A DNA stretch of 64,000 bases from Desulfobacterales bacterium (GTDB taxonomy: Bacteria > Desulfobacterota > Desulfobacteria > Desulfobacterales > SG8-13), in NCBI GenBank assembly GCA_051155755.1, contig DAXETY010000042.1, positions 20,367-84,366 of the forward strand, written 5' to 3'. The translations under genes were made by a program, and so were the position numbers. Positions 34,567 through 43,660 of this stretch are shown in pieces. How positions within the stretch are numbered: position 1 is the stretch's first letter; every line of letters begins with the position of its first letter. The notes under the pieces were generated by a model. The model was not told the DNA's origin and searched no databases. It saw nothing but the letters and a program-made list of their open reading frames with translations.

Positions 34567-35349
34567 CTACCGGGGGCGGATCATCTGGCTGGGGATATTG
34601 AAGACGAACAACTTGACCCACTCGAAGCCCAGCTCCAGCAGGGCCGCGTCGTCTTTGCGGATCCGGCGAACGAGGTCGGGGTGAATCCGATAGCGCTTGC
34701 GCATACTGCTGTTGAAGACGAAATCGCGGAAGCGATCGATATTATAGGTGGACATGAACGCCATCTTGGCCCGGGAGCCTTCCGGTCCTTCCACCCCCCA
34801 GGGGTCGCCGGCAAAGAGCCGCTTGACCCGGGACCAGCGCACGGTCATGCGGTTGTAAACCACCGCCTCTTGATCCTTCTTCCACGACTCCGGCGTCCAT
34901 CGGGTTTCCTCGTGGCGGCCTTCACAGAAATCCGGCGGCCGGAAGAAATGAACCTCCTGTTCCGCGCCCGATTGGGCATCGATGATCAGTCCCTGCTCCA
35001 CCGGAAACGTTCGGCAGGTATCCGGCCGGTCCGGATAGACGCGGCAGCCCTGTTCTGTCAGAAACGGGCACGTGCGTTGCGGGTTGTCGGCCATCCGCAG
35101 CAGCACATCCGGAAAGGCGCTGCCGTCCCGCAGCACGATATCGGTGTATTGATCGATAAAACGATCGGAAGAAATCTGCAGGCTGTTTTTCAACCGCACG
35201 ACGTCATAGGGGTACAGAAACAGGTTCAAATTCCGGCAGCAGCGGTTGAAGCAGGCCATGCCCGGATGACAGCGAAACTGAAACGTGTCACCGGGTTTCA
35301 AACGGATGCCGGGCAATTGATCAAGATCGGAAGGATCGAGAGATTTCAT
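34567..35349 (-). CDS. YkgJ/UPF0153-family cysteine-cluster protein (paralog 2)
   Basis: FRCHPGMACFNRCCRNLNLFLYPYDVVRLK and CPFLTEQGCRVYPDRPDTCRTFP are colinear with paralog 1 over the full length. 260 aa. Confidence 0.7.
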   Translation of the reverse strand: MKSLDPSDLDQLPGIRLKPGDTFQFRCHPGMACFNRCCRNLNLFLYPYDVVRLKNSLQISSDRFIDQYTDIVLRDGSAFPDVLLRMADNPQRTCPFLTEQGCRVYPDRPDTCRTFPVEQGLIIDAQSGAEQEVHFFRPPDFCEGRHEETRWTPESWKKDQEAVVYNRMTVRWSRVKRLFAGDPWGVEGPEGSRAKMAFMSTYNIDRFRDFVFNSSMRKRYRIHPDLVRRIRKDDAALLELGFEWVKLFVFNIPSQMIRPR

Positions 35350-35438
35350 GGGGAAAATGGGCTCGGCGTTCGGCGTTCACGGTTTCCGGCAAGAATATCG
35401 GCTTTGCCGCCGGGGGCAGTCGTTTTGCGGTGCGACGG

Positions 35439-36053
35439 TCACGTTGGGTCATTGAACGTGGAAAGCGGAACCGGAAACAGGGTAACCATCTCGGCCACCG
35501 TCATCCGGATCCGGCCGTCCAGACCCAGGTCGGCTTTGATCTCCTGCTCCAGCCGGGCAACCCGGCGGTAAAAGGGCGTCCGATCAAACCGCGGTGAGTC
35601 CCCTCCGGATTCCGGAGCCGGAAACCGATCACAGCCCGGTCCGATGAGCCAGCCTCGGTACGGGTGATACAGTTTATGCGGGACGCCGTGCATGCGACAG
35701 ATCATCGGCCGGTAGTGATATAGCGAACAAATTCCGCCGGTGTTCAAGGGGCAGAGAATTTTTACCGCACCGCTTTCAACCTCCCGGCAGACCCGTTGTG
35801 CCTGTCGCACCATTCGCGCCTGCTGCCGATCGGGCAGTTGCCGGAATCCTTCCCGCAGTAGAATCAATTCCAGGAAGGTGTGATGGTAAAAATGGCTGCG
35901 GCAACAGGTGTCTTCACAGCCCGTGCATTGAAAGGCGCAGGCCGCAGCCACCTGCTGATAGGCGCGGTCGATGCCTTCAAAGACCGATTCGATCTGCGGC
36001 AGCCAGGCATCGACGCCGATCGGGACTTCAAGCCGGGAGGGTTGCATAGGCAC
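35439..36053 (-). CDS. YkgJ-like cysteine-cluster protein (divergent paralog 3)
   Basis: FQCTGCEDTCCRSHFYH and CPLNTGGICSLYHYRPMICRMHG follow the same architecture as the other two paralogs. The start overlaps the upstream dGTPase-like gene by 26 nt (alternative ATG at 36047). Confidence 0.6.
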   Translation of the reverse strand: MPMQPSRLEVPIGVDAWLPQIESVFEGIDRAYQQVAAACAFQCTGCEDTCCRSHFYHHTFLELILLREGFRQLPDRQQARMVRQAQRVCREVESGAVKILCPLNTGGICSLYHYRPMICRMHGVPHKLYHPYRGWLIGPGCDRFPAPESGGDSPRFDRTPFYRRVARLEQEIKADLGLDGRIRMTVAEMVTLFPVPLSTFNDPT

Positions 36054-37125
36054 CTCTTTCCACCCACAGAGGCGATGGAAAAAACACCTGCTCGTATAAA
36101 TCCATGGCGTGGCTGTCGGTTAAACTGGAGATAAAATCGCAAACCCGCCGCTCGAGCGGCTGATCGGCATGGTTTGCCCGGCCCATGGCCAACCGGGTCA
36201 ATTCTTGGTTCAAACGATCTTCCCGCTCCAGAAAAAAGTGATACAGTTCGACCAGAATTTTTTTGGCTTTCACGAATTCGTTGTGCACCCGCGGGGCGCG
36301 ATACACATTTTCGTATAAAAACACCCGCAGGGCGGTCATGGCAGAAAAAACCCGGTCACTCATGCGCAATTCCAGCTGACCGTCGACCACCTTGCTGCCG
36401 TAAACCAGGTCCCGGATCATGGTCGTGGCCCGCTCGGGATGGGTTTTGCCGAGAATCCGGCGGCACTCTTCGGGTACCTGGTGATCATCGATGACACCGC
36501 TTCGAACGGCATCATCCAGATCGTGATTCAAATAGGCCATAATGTCGGCGACGCGAACAACCCGGCCTTCCACGGTGAATGCGAGTTCCCCCTGATCGTC
36601 CGGCAGGATTTTTCCGTACCCTTTGGAATGTTTCAATATCCCGTCGCGCACTTCGAAGGTCAGGTTCAACCCCTCTCCGTCGCGCTCCAGAACGTCAATG
36701 ACCCGCAAACCCTGCGCCTTGTGAGAAAAATGCTCCGAATAGACCTCCCGCAAGGCGATTTCTCCGCCGTGACCGAAAGGCGGGTGGCCGAGATCGTGCC
36801 CCAGGGCGATGGCCTCGGCCAGGTCTTCATTCAGCCGCAGCGCCCGGGCAATGGTCCTTGAAATCTGGGCCACTTCCAGCGTGTGGGTCAAACGCGTGCG
36901 GTACTGTTCGCCCAGCGGTGCCAGAAAGACCTGGGTTTTGTGTTTCAATCGACGAAATGCGTTGGAGTAAACGATGCGATCGCGATCCACCTGAAAGACG
37001 GTCCGGATCGGACACGGCTTCTCCTCACGGCGGCGGCCGCGAGAGGCCGAACTGAGGCACCCGTAGGGAGACATGAAACTTTTTTCTCGTTTTTCGAATT
37101 CTTCGCGAATCGTCAGGGTCTTCAT
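36028..37125 (-). CDS. dGTPase-family HD-domain triphosphohydrolase (Dgt-like)
   Basis: RTRLTHTLEVAQISR...LGHDLGHPPFGH...DIMAYLNHDLDD is the HD-superfamily dNTP triphosphohydrolase pattern. 365 aa. Confidence 0.85.
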   Translation of the reverse strand: MKTLTIREEFEKREKSFMSPYGCLSSASRGRRREEKPCPIRTVFQVDRDRIVYSNAFRRLKHKTQVFLAPLGEQYRTRLTHTLEVAQISRTIARALRLNEDLAEAIALGHDLGHPPFGHGGEIALREVYSEHFSHKAQGLRVIDVLERDGEGLNLTFEVRDGILKHSKGYGKILPDDQGELAFTVEGRVVRVADIMAYLNHDLDDAVRSGVIDDHQVPEECRRILGKTHPERATTMIRDLVYGSKVVDGQLELRMSDRVFSAMTALRVFLYENVYRAPRVHNEFVKAKKILVELYHFFLEREDRLNQELTRLAMGRANHADQPLERRVCDFISSLTDSHAMDLYEQVFFPSPLWVERGAYATLPA

Positions 37126-37382
37126 TGTCAGCCGTTTCGGTTGAAAAAACTGCCGTATGCATGGCGTCCGGAAGGTGTCATCCCTTCCCGCGGAAATCGG
37201 GCCTCGCGGTAGAAAAGCGTTGGATTCGAAGGAGTTCAGCGCCGCAGGCGGCCAACGCCGACAGCATGTCGAATCCGGGGCCGGAATCCCATGGACAAAG
37301 AGGGTTTTTTTATCCTATTATATAACCTCCTGTAAAGGTTAAACCTTGGTTGAGCGTTTCAAATTTTCAAAAAGCACATCCC

Positions 37383-37937
37383 ATGAACGGACATCATCTG
37401 GTGCTCGGTGAACTGCGCGACCGCATTACGGGAAACTCGCTTGCAGATACTCACGACGAGCGCTATCGGCAGAAAATCGCCGCCCTGCTGCTCGACCGCA
37501 AAGGCTATCGAAAAAATGACATCCAACCCCGGTACCCGCTGATTGCCCGGGCCGGAGATAAAAAAGCCGTCGTACCCGTGGATTTTATCGTCAAGGTGGC
37601 GGGCCGCACGGCAATGATCATCAAGTATGCTCCCGGCTCTCTGGTCACACGGCATCGCAGTGTTCTGGCCGCCTCGCGCCTGATCACCGCCTACCAGGTG
37701 CCGGTGGCCGTCATTACCAACGGACAGGATGCCGACGTGTTGTGGGCGGATCGCGGCACACCGATGGACCGTGGGCTGGACGGGATTCCCGACCGGAAAC
37801 GCCTCGAAGCGATTGCGGCCGATTTTGACTTCGCTTCGATTTCGCCGCAAAGGGCTGAGCGGGAATCCCGGATTTTTTACGTTTACGAAGTCGACGGGGC
37901 CTGCCCCTGCGACGATACCATTTGCCGCCTGGAATGA
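37383..37937 (+). CDS. Hypothetical protein, possibly HsdR-N-terminal/PD-(D/E)xK-like, with a C-terminal Cys cluster
   Basis: ORF of about 184 aa from the ATG at 37383 (the track uses a TTG at 37350). The pattern PVDFIVKV...MIIKY...AVITNG recalls the small 'type I restriction enzyme HsdR N-terminal domain' proteins. It ends in ACPCDDTIC. The stop overlaps the deaminase ATG (ATGA). Confidence 0.4.
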   Translation: MNGHHLVLGELRDRITGNSLADTHDERYRQKIAALLLDRKGYRKNDIQPRYPLIARAGDKKAVVPVDFIVKVAGRTAMIIKYAPGSLVTRHRSVLAASRLITAYQVPVAVITNGQDADVLWADRGTPMDRGLDGIPDRKRLEAIAADFDFASISPQRAERESRIFYVYEVDGACPCDDTICRLE

Positions 37938-38440
37938 AAGACCATCATCACTTCATGGCAATGGCGCTCCGGGAAGCCGAAGCCGCTCTTGCGGCCGGGG
38001 AATTTCCGGTCGGCTGCATTCTGGTACACGATCAGCGCATGCTGGTTTCCGGGAGGCGTCACGGCACGGCCGACCCCGGAACGAACGAGGTCGATCACGC
38101 TGAAATGATCGCCCTGCGCCGCCTGACCGATAGCGTTGCCCACCGCGATCTTGCCGGCATCGCCGCCTACATTACGCTGGAGCCATGTTTGATGTGCCTG
38201 GGCGCTCTGATTCTAAACCGCGTCGAAACGGTCGTATATGCTTACGAAGACGTGATGGGCGGGGCAACCCGCTGCGACCTGGCCTCGCTGGGACCGCTCT
38301 ACCGCCAATCCGAACCGGTTATCATTGCCCACGTGCACAGAACCCGGAGTTTGCGTCTGTTTCAATCCTATTTCCGACGGCCGGACAATCATTATTGGAA
38401 CGACAGCCTCCTGGCGCGCTACACCCTGGATCAACCGTAA
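37934..38440 (+). CDS. Zinc-dependent nucleoside/tRNA adenosine deaminase (CMP/dCMP deaminase fold, TadA-like)
   Basis: HAEMIALRRL and the PCLMCLGAL zinc ligands (HAE ... PCxxC). 168 aa. Confidence 0.8.
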   Translation: MKDHHHFMAMALREAEAALAAGEFPVGCILVHDQRMLVSGRRHGTADPGTNEVDHAEMIALRRLTDSVAHRDLAGIAAYITLEPCLMCLGALILNRVETVVYAYEDVMGGATRCDLASLGPLYRQSEPVIIAHVHRTRSLRLFQSYFRRPDNHYWNDSLLARYTLDQP

Positions 38441-38676
38441 CCTTCGAAGTCTCTCGCAGAACTTGACAATCGGATGGACCTGATGCAGTATTGTCCCGAA
38501 TTGTTCCGGCGGCGATTTTTTCTTGAATTTTTCGCTTGCATTTCTTACCGTTATTCATTAATTCCTCTGCCAGAAATATCGCATCCGGCAGCATCCTGCC
38601 ACCGATCCGGCGGCAGCATCATTAATTCCATGAAAACGGAGGTGTCGGCATAGCAGTTAAGGGAAAACCGGGGAAA

Positions 38677-39189
38677 ATGAGGAAAGGGGACCGTACCAAT
38701 ATAAACAAGGATATCCGGGCCAGAGAAGTCCGACTCATTGACCCGGAAGGCAATCAGGTCGGCGTCGTACCGATCCAGAATGCATTGGATGCAGCCGTCG
38801 AGCATGGTCTCGATTTGGTGGAGGTTTCTCCGAACGCCAAGCCGCCTGTTTGCAAAATCATGGATTATGGCCGCTACAAGTACGAACAGGACAAGAAACG
38901 GCAGGAGGCCAAGAAAAAGCAGAGTACCTTCCAGCTCAAGGAAATCAAAGCCCGACCGAACACGGACGAACACGACCTGCAGGTAAAAATCGGCCGAATC
39001 CGTAAGTTCATCGAAAAAAAGGACAAGGTCAAGGTTACCGTGATGTTCCGCGGGCGGGAAATCACTCTGTCAAAACTCGGGTACGAAGTGCTGGAACGGA
39101 TCGTAGAAGACACGGCCGATGTTGCTGCCGTGGAGCAGGAGCCGAAATTCGAAGGCCGCAACCTGATGATGGTTCTTTCTCCGAAGTAA
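38677..39189 (+). CDS. infC: Translation initiation factor IF-3
   Basis: INKDIRAREVRLIDPEGNQVGVV...LDLVEVSPNAKPPVCKIMDYGRYKYEQDKK... is canonical IF-3. rpmI and rplT follow. Confidence 0.92.
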   Translation: MRKGDRTNINKDIRAREVRLIDPEGNQVGVVPIQNALDAAVEHGLDLVEVSPNAKPPVCKIMDYGRYKYEQDKKRQEAKKKQSTFQLKEIKARPNTDEHDLQVKIGRIRKFIEKKDKVKVTVMFRGREITLSKLGYEVLERIVEDTADVAAVEQEPKFEGRNLMMVLSPK

Positions 39190-39364
39190 GCGCCGCGGAG
39201 ACCCGCACGGCGAGCGATCCCCGCTTGGTTCAGGCACTGAAAACGGCAAATCATAAAACCGATCATAGCGAAGGAAGGCTTTCGAAGTTCTGTCGGCAGC
39301 CGGAGGCGGCGCCGTGAACGTTGAACCCCTTTAACAGGGAGCCATCGAAGCTCGTTTTCAAGGT

Positions 39365-39406
39365 GGCGCGGCAGGGATCGCATCATTCCGGCGCCATTTA
39401 TTTTTT
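39365..39406 (+). terminator. Terminator-like hairpin plus T-run just upstream of the rpmI RBS (possible attenuator)
   Basis: GGCGCGG...CCGGCGCC stem (7 bp with one bulge) followed by ATTTATTTTTT, 20 nt before the rpmI start. Confidence 0.45.
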
Positions 39407-39425
39407 GCGATCAAAGGAGACACCC

Positions 39426-39623
39426 ATGCCGAAAATCAAAACCAACCGCGCCGCGGCCAAACGTTTTAAACGGACCGGTACCGGCAAATTTGTGTATTTC
39501 AAGTCGCATCACAGTCATATCTTAACCAAGAAAACGGCCAAGCGTAAACGACAACTGCGAAGGTCCCAGCTTGCAAAGACAGCGGACCTGCGTGAAATTC
39601 GGCTGTTGTTGCCCAATCGATGA
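39426..39623 (+). CDS. rpmI: 50S ribosomal protein L35
   Basis: [22 protein letters not shown]..., 65 aa, RBS AAAGGAGA. Confidence 0.92.
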   Translation: MPKIKTNRAAAKRFKRTGTGKFVYFKSHHSHILTKKTAKRKRQLRRSQLAKTADLREIRLLLPNR

Positions 39624-39671
39624 ACCGTTTACACGAAAATGTAGTTCGATTCGAATTCAGGAGTTCTACCC

Positions 39672-40022
39672 ATGCGAGTCAAACGAGGTTTCAAGGCGAG
39701 AAAACGCCGTAAAAAAGTGCTGAAACTGGCCAAGGGGTTCCGCGGCGGCCGCAGCAAGCTCTTTCGCACCGCCGCCGATGCCGTCGACAAGGCCCTGATG
39801 TATGCCTATCGCGACCGCAGACAGCGAAAACGCGATTTTCGCCGGCTCTGGATCACCCGTATCAATGCGGCCGCCAGAATGAACGACATTTCCTACAGCA
39901 AGTTTATCAACGGCCTGAAGCGGGCCGGGGTCGAACTCGACCGCAAGGTATTGGCCGAACTGGCAATCTTTGATCCGCCCGGCTTTCGCTGCCTTGCCGA
40001 TCTGGCTGCAAAACAACTGTAA
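39672..40022 (+). CDS. rplT: 50S ribosomal protein L20
   Basis: [32 protein letters not shown]..., 116 aa. Confidence 0.95.
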   Translation: MRVKRGFKARKRRKKVLKLAKGFRGGRSKLFRTAADAVDKALMYAYRDRRQRKRDFRRLWITRINAAARMNDISYSKFINGLKRAGVELDRKVLAELAIFDPPGFRCLADLAAKQL

Positions 40023-40232
40023 CCTGAGTCGAGCGTTTCAAATTCGGTGCGACGCTTCCAAACGTCGCAGGACGTCAACCTCGAAAGATCGCGGCCGCAA
40101 CATCGATCGAATCGAAATGAATGAAATTCGGTCCGATGACGGATGTGCGATCTTTTTACATTTTTCGGCAACCGCCGCGCATGGAACACCGGTCTGATTC
40201 GTTTGTCAGGGCGGCTGCCGCAGGGGTCGCCC

Positions 40233-41240
40233 GTGAACGAATCCATCGAGCATCTATACAACGAAGCCCTGCAGCGCATCGAAGCGGCTTTCGACGCGGA
40301 ACACGTCCAGGAACTCTCCGTGCGTTATCTGGGCCGCAAGGGCCTGGTTACCCGATACCTGCGGGGGATCTCCGACCTGCCGCCGGAACAACGGGCTGCG
40401 GCCGGCCGCCGGGCCAATGAAATCAAACGCAGCCTGGAGCAGGCCGTAGCCGCAGCCAAGGCCCGCATCGAATCCGAGCAGCGCAGCGCCGCCGACCGAA
40501 TCGATGTATCCCTGCCGGGCAGGCCCTGCGAAGCCGGGACCCTTCACCCGATTACCCGAATCAACCGGGAAATCTGCGAGATTTTCCAGCGACTGGGTTT
40601 CGATATTGTGGAAGGACCCGAGGTCGAAAGCGATTACTATAACTTCGAAGCGCTGAACATCCCCAAAAACCATCCCGCCCGGGACATGCAGGACACCTTC
40701 TACGTTTCCGAAAACATCGTTCTGCGAACCCACACTTCGCCGGTACAGATCCGCACGATGGAAAAAAAGCAGCCGCCGGTTCGAATCATCGCTCCGGGGA
40801 AAGTGTATCGCTGTGATTCCGACCTGACTCATACACCGATGTTCCACCAGGTGGAGGGCCTGCTGGTCGACGAAGGCATTTCGTTCGGCGACTTGAAAGG
40901 CGTTCTGACCTCGTTTGTCCATCAAATGTTCGATGTAAAAACGGCCCTGCGGTTTCGTCCCAGTTTTTTCCCATTCACCGAGCCCAGTGCCGAAGTCGAC
41001 ATCCTGTGCGTGATTTGCCGGGGCGCCGGCTGCCGGGTTTGCTCGCAAACCGGTTGGCTGGAAATCCTCGGTTCGGGCATGGTTCATCCGGCGCTGTTCG
41101 AAAATGTCGGATACGATGCAGAGCGGTTCACGGGATTCGCTTTCGGCATGGGCGTTGAACGGATCGCAATGCTCAAGTACGGGATCGACGATCTGCGAAA
41201 ATTCTTCGAAAACGATATCCGCTTTCTAAGGCAATTCTGA
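40233..41240 (+). CDS. pheS: Phenylalanine--tRNA ligase alpha subunit
   Basis: Class II aaRS motifs (HPARDMQDTFY, FRPSFFPFTEPS, GFAFGMGVERIAMLKYGI). I prefer the GTG at 40233 (AGGGG RBS) because it matches family N-terminal spacing. An in-frame ATG at 40143 is an alternative. Confidence 0.9.
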   Translation: MNESIEHLYNEALQRIEAAFDAEHVQELSVRYLGRKGLVTRYLRGISDLPPEQRAAAGRRANEIKRSLEQAVAAAKARIESEQRSAADRIDVSLPGRPCEAGTLHPITRINREICEIFQRLGFDIVEGPEVESDYYNFEALNIPKNHPARDMQDTFYVSENIVLRTHTSPVQIRTMEKKQPPVRIIAPGKVYRCDSDLTHTPMFHQVEGLLVDEGISFGDLKGVLTSFVHQMFDVKTALRFRPSFFPFTEPSAEVDILCVICRGAGCRVCSQTGWLEILGSGMVHPALFENVGYDAERFTGFAFGMGVERIAMLKYGIDDLRKFFENDIRFLRQF

Positions 41241-41242
41241 TT

Positions 41243-43657
41243 ATGAAGGTAAGTCTGAGCTGGCTCAAGGAATACGTTCCGATCGAAATGGATGTCGATC
41301 ACCTGGTGGAAGCATTGACGATGGCCGGTCTGGAGGTGGAGGAAGTCTCGGATCGTTACCATTATCTGGACCGCGTATTCGTGGGCCGCATCGCCGCTAT
41401 CGAAGATCATCCCAATGCCGATCACCTCAAGGTCTGCTCGGTGGATGTGGGCGATCGCGCCCTGCGGGTTGTCTGCGGGGCACCCAACGTGAGCGAGGGC
41501 ATGCGGTCGCCGCTGGCGCTTCCCGGCACGGTATTCCCCGACGAAACGGTTCTGCAACAGAATACCATCCGCGGGGTGGTTTCCGAAGCCATGCTCTGCA
41601 GCGAGAAGGAACTGGGGTTGGGGCCCGATGCCGGAGGGATCATGGACCTGAACCGGCACCTGCCCGTCGGCAAATCGCTGGCCGATGCACTGGCGTTGTC
41701 CGATACGGTCCTTGAAATCGCCATCACACCGAATCGACCGGATTGCCTGAGTATGATCGGAATTGCCCGTGAAATCGCCGCGATCCAGAAAATGCGTGTC
41801 CGCTATCCGGATGTCTGGATCGAAGATTCGGCCGACGAGATCCATCGCCTTGCAGCGGTGGTCATCGAGTGCCCCGAACTGTGCCCGCGTTACTCGGCCC
41901 GACTGGTCGTCGACGTATCGATCGGTCCTTCGCCATTCTGGCTGCAGGATCGTTTGATGTCCGTGGGGCTGCGTCCAATCAACAACGTGGTCGACATCAC
42001 CAACTTCGTGCTGATGGAAAGCGGCCAACCCCTGCATGCCTTTGACTTTGACCGGCTGGCCGGCAATCGCATCGTGGTCCGCACGGCGGGCGACGGCGAA
42101 GCGTTTACGACGCTGGACGGAAAGCAACGCCGCCTTTCGGCAGACATGTGCATGATCTGTGACGCCGAAAAGCCGGCGGCCGTCGGCGGCGTGATGGGCG
42201 GGCTGAATTCGGAGATCGAAGCGGGCACCGGCCGGGTGTTGATTGAAAGCGCCTATTTCAACCCGGTCAGCATCCGCAAGACGGCCAAAAGACTCGGTCT
42301 GAGCTCGGAAGCGTCGTTCCGGTTCGAGCGCGGTACCGACCCGGAGGGAACCCTGTCGGCGTTGAACCGGGCCGCCCGCCTGGTGGCTGAAATCTGCGGC
42401 GGCAAAACCATGGCCGGACTGATCGATGAATATCCCGTTCCGGTCCCACAGCGCACCATCCGGCTCAGTCCAAAGGCAACCAACCGACTGCTGGGTACCC
42501 GGTTTACGGCCGAATCCCTCGCGGAACACCTTCGATCCATCGAATTCCGCACCGAAACCGGGGCCGGCGGCCAGTTGACGGTCACTCCGCCCAGCTTCCG
42601 GGTGGACGTCACCCGGCCTGAAGATCTGATGGAGGAGGCGGCGCGACTGTCCGGATACAACGCCATTCCGATTACCTATCCGGCCACGCCGGCCGAAGGC
42701 CGCCCGGTGGCAAAGCCCCTGCGGACCCGAGAGCGGATTCGGGATTGCCTGACCGGATTCGGATTCCTCGAGTCGATTCATTATTCTTTTATTGCTGAAG
42801 CCTCCTGCGAACGTTTGCGCATTCCCGGCAACGACCGGCGTCGCAGCACGGTGGCCGTCATGAACCCGCTGACCGAAGACCAGACGGTCATGCGGACGTC
42901 GCTGGTCCCGGGTGTATTGTCGACACTGCAGCGCAACCTGGCCCAGCAGGAAAAAACGGTGAAAGTTTTTGAGATCGGCAAGGTGTATTATGCCACCGCA
43001 AACGAACAGCTCCCCCAGGAAGTCGAAATGCTGGCCGGCCTCTGGAGTGGCTTGCGAACACCGGCGACCTGGCACGGTAAAGCGGTTGCCTGCGATTTTT
43101 ACGATTTGAAAGGCGCGGTGGAAGGCCTGCTGGCGGTCCTCGAAGTGCCGGAGGTGCGATTTACGGCATTGCCGGAAAACCGTTGTTACTTTTTCCACCC
43201 CGGCCGGGCGGCGCAAATCCTGGCCGGGGGCAGCCGAATCGGCGAGATCGGCGAGATTCACCCGGAAGTGCGCTCGGCCTTCGAAATCCGACAGAAGGCC
43301 TACGTTTTCGAATTGGACGTCGACCGCCTGATGCCGCTGGTTCCGGAAACCAAATCCTATCGGCCGTTGCCGAAGTACCCCGCCGTCAGCCGGGATCTCA
43401 CGCTGATCGTAGCTGCACGATTCGAAGCCGGAGAAATTCTTCACCGCCTGGAGAACAGAGACGAGTCTCTGGTGGAAAGCGTCTCTCTGTTCGACGTGTT
43501 CGAAGGCGGGCCGATCGAAACCGGAAAGAAAAGCGTCTCTTTTCGCATCGTGTATCGCGCTCCGGATCGAACCCTAGAAGACGAAGAGATTAATCAGCTG
43601 CACCAATCATTGACGTCGGGTTTGATACAGGAGTTCAACGCTTCGCTACCCACGTGA
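41243..43657 (+). CDS. pheT: Phenylalanine--tRNA ligase beta subunit
   Basis: 804 aa. MKVSLSWLKEYV N-terminus, tRNA-binding, B3/4, B5 and FDX-ACB domains in order. It starts 3 nt after pheS. Confidence 0.95.
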   Translation: MKVSLSWLKEYVPIEMDVDHLVEALTMAGLEVEEVSDRYHYLDRVFVGRIAAIEDHPNADHLKVCSVDVGDRALRVVCGAPNVSEGMRSPLALPGTVFPDETVLQQNTIRGVVSEAMLCSEKELGLGPDAGGIMDLNRHLPVGKSLADALALSDTVLEIAITPNRPDCLSMIGIAREIAAIQKMRVRYPDVWIEDSADEIHRLAAVVIECPELCPRYSARLVVDVSIGPSPFWLQDRLMSVGLRPINNVVDITNFVLMESGQPLHAFDFDRLAGNRIVVRTAGDGEAFTTLDGKQRRLSADMCMICDAEKPAAVGGVMGGLNSEIEAGTGRVLIESAYFNPVSIRKTAKRLGLSSEASFRFERGTDPEGTLSALNRAARLVAEICGGKTMAGLIDEYPVPVPQRTIRLSPKATNRLLGTRFTAESLAEHLRSIEFRTETGAGGQLTVTPPSFRVDVTRPEDLMEEAARLSGYNAIPITYPATPAEGRPVAKPLRTRERIRDCLTGFGFLESIHYSFIAEASCERLRIPGNDRRRSTVAVMNPLTEDQTVMRTSLVPGVLSTLQRNLAQQEKTVKVFEIGKVYYATANEQLPQEVEMLAGLWSGLRTPATWHGKAVACDFYDLKGAVEGLLAVLEVPEVRFTALPENRCYFFHPGRAAQILAGGSRIGEIGEIHPEVRSAFEIRQKAYVFELDVDRLMPLVPETKSYRPLPKYPAVSRDLTLIVAARFEAGEILHRLENRDESLVESVSLFDVFEGGPIETGKKSVSFRIVYRAPDRTLEDEEINQLHQSLTSGLIQEFNASLPT

Positions 43658-43660
43658 ACC

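Noticed and set aside
37342-37365. 24-nt motif AACCTnnGTnGAGCGTTTCAAATT shared with 40021..40044 (21 of 24 identical, including an exact 14-mer).
   Set aside because: A rough estimate for 64 kb on both strands gives about 15 chance exact 14-mer pairs and about one 21-of-24 match. This is not distinguishable from coincidence without genome-wide data.
36028-38440. dGTPase-like HD hydrolase, nuclease-fold protein and deaminase considered as an anti-phage dNTP-depletion/deaminase defence island.
   Set aside because: The genes are on different strands, with housekeeping neighbours (infC operon). No mobile-element or other defence hallmarks are present, and both enzymes have ordinary housekeeping orthologs (dgt, tadA). 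The weaker point about the gene pair is kept as a low-interest finding.
40143-40232. Phe-rich peptide start (MCDLFTFFGN...) upstream of pheS, reminiscent of a pheM-type attenuator leader.
   Set aside because: It is in frame with pheS and has no stop codon, so it cannot be a separate leader peptide. No terminator/antiterminator pair is evident. It is more simply non-coding 5' UTR, or an N-terminal extension if the ATG at 40143 is used.
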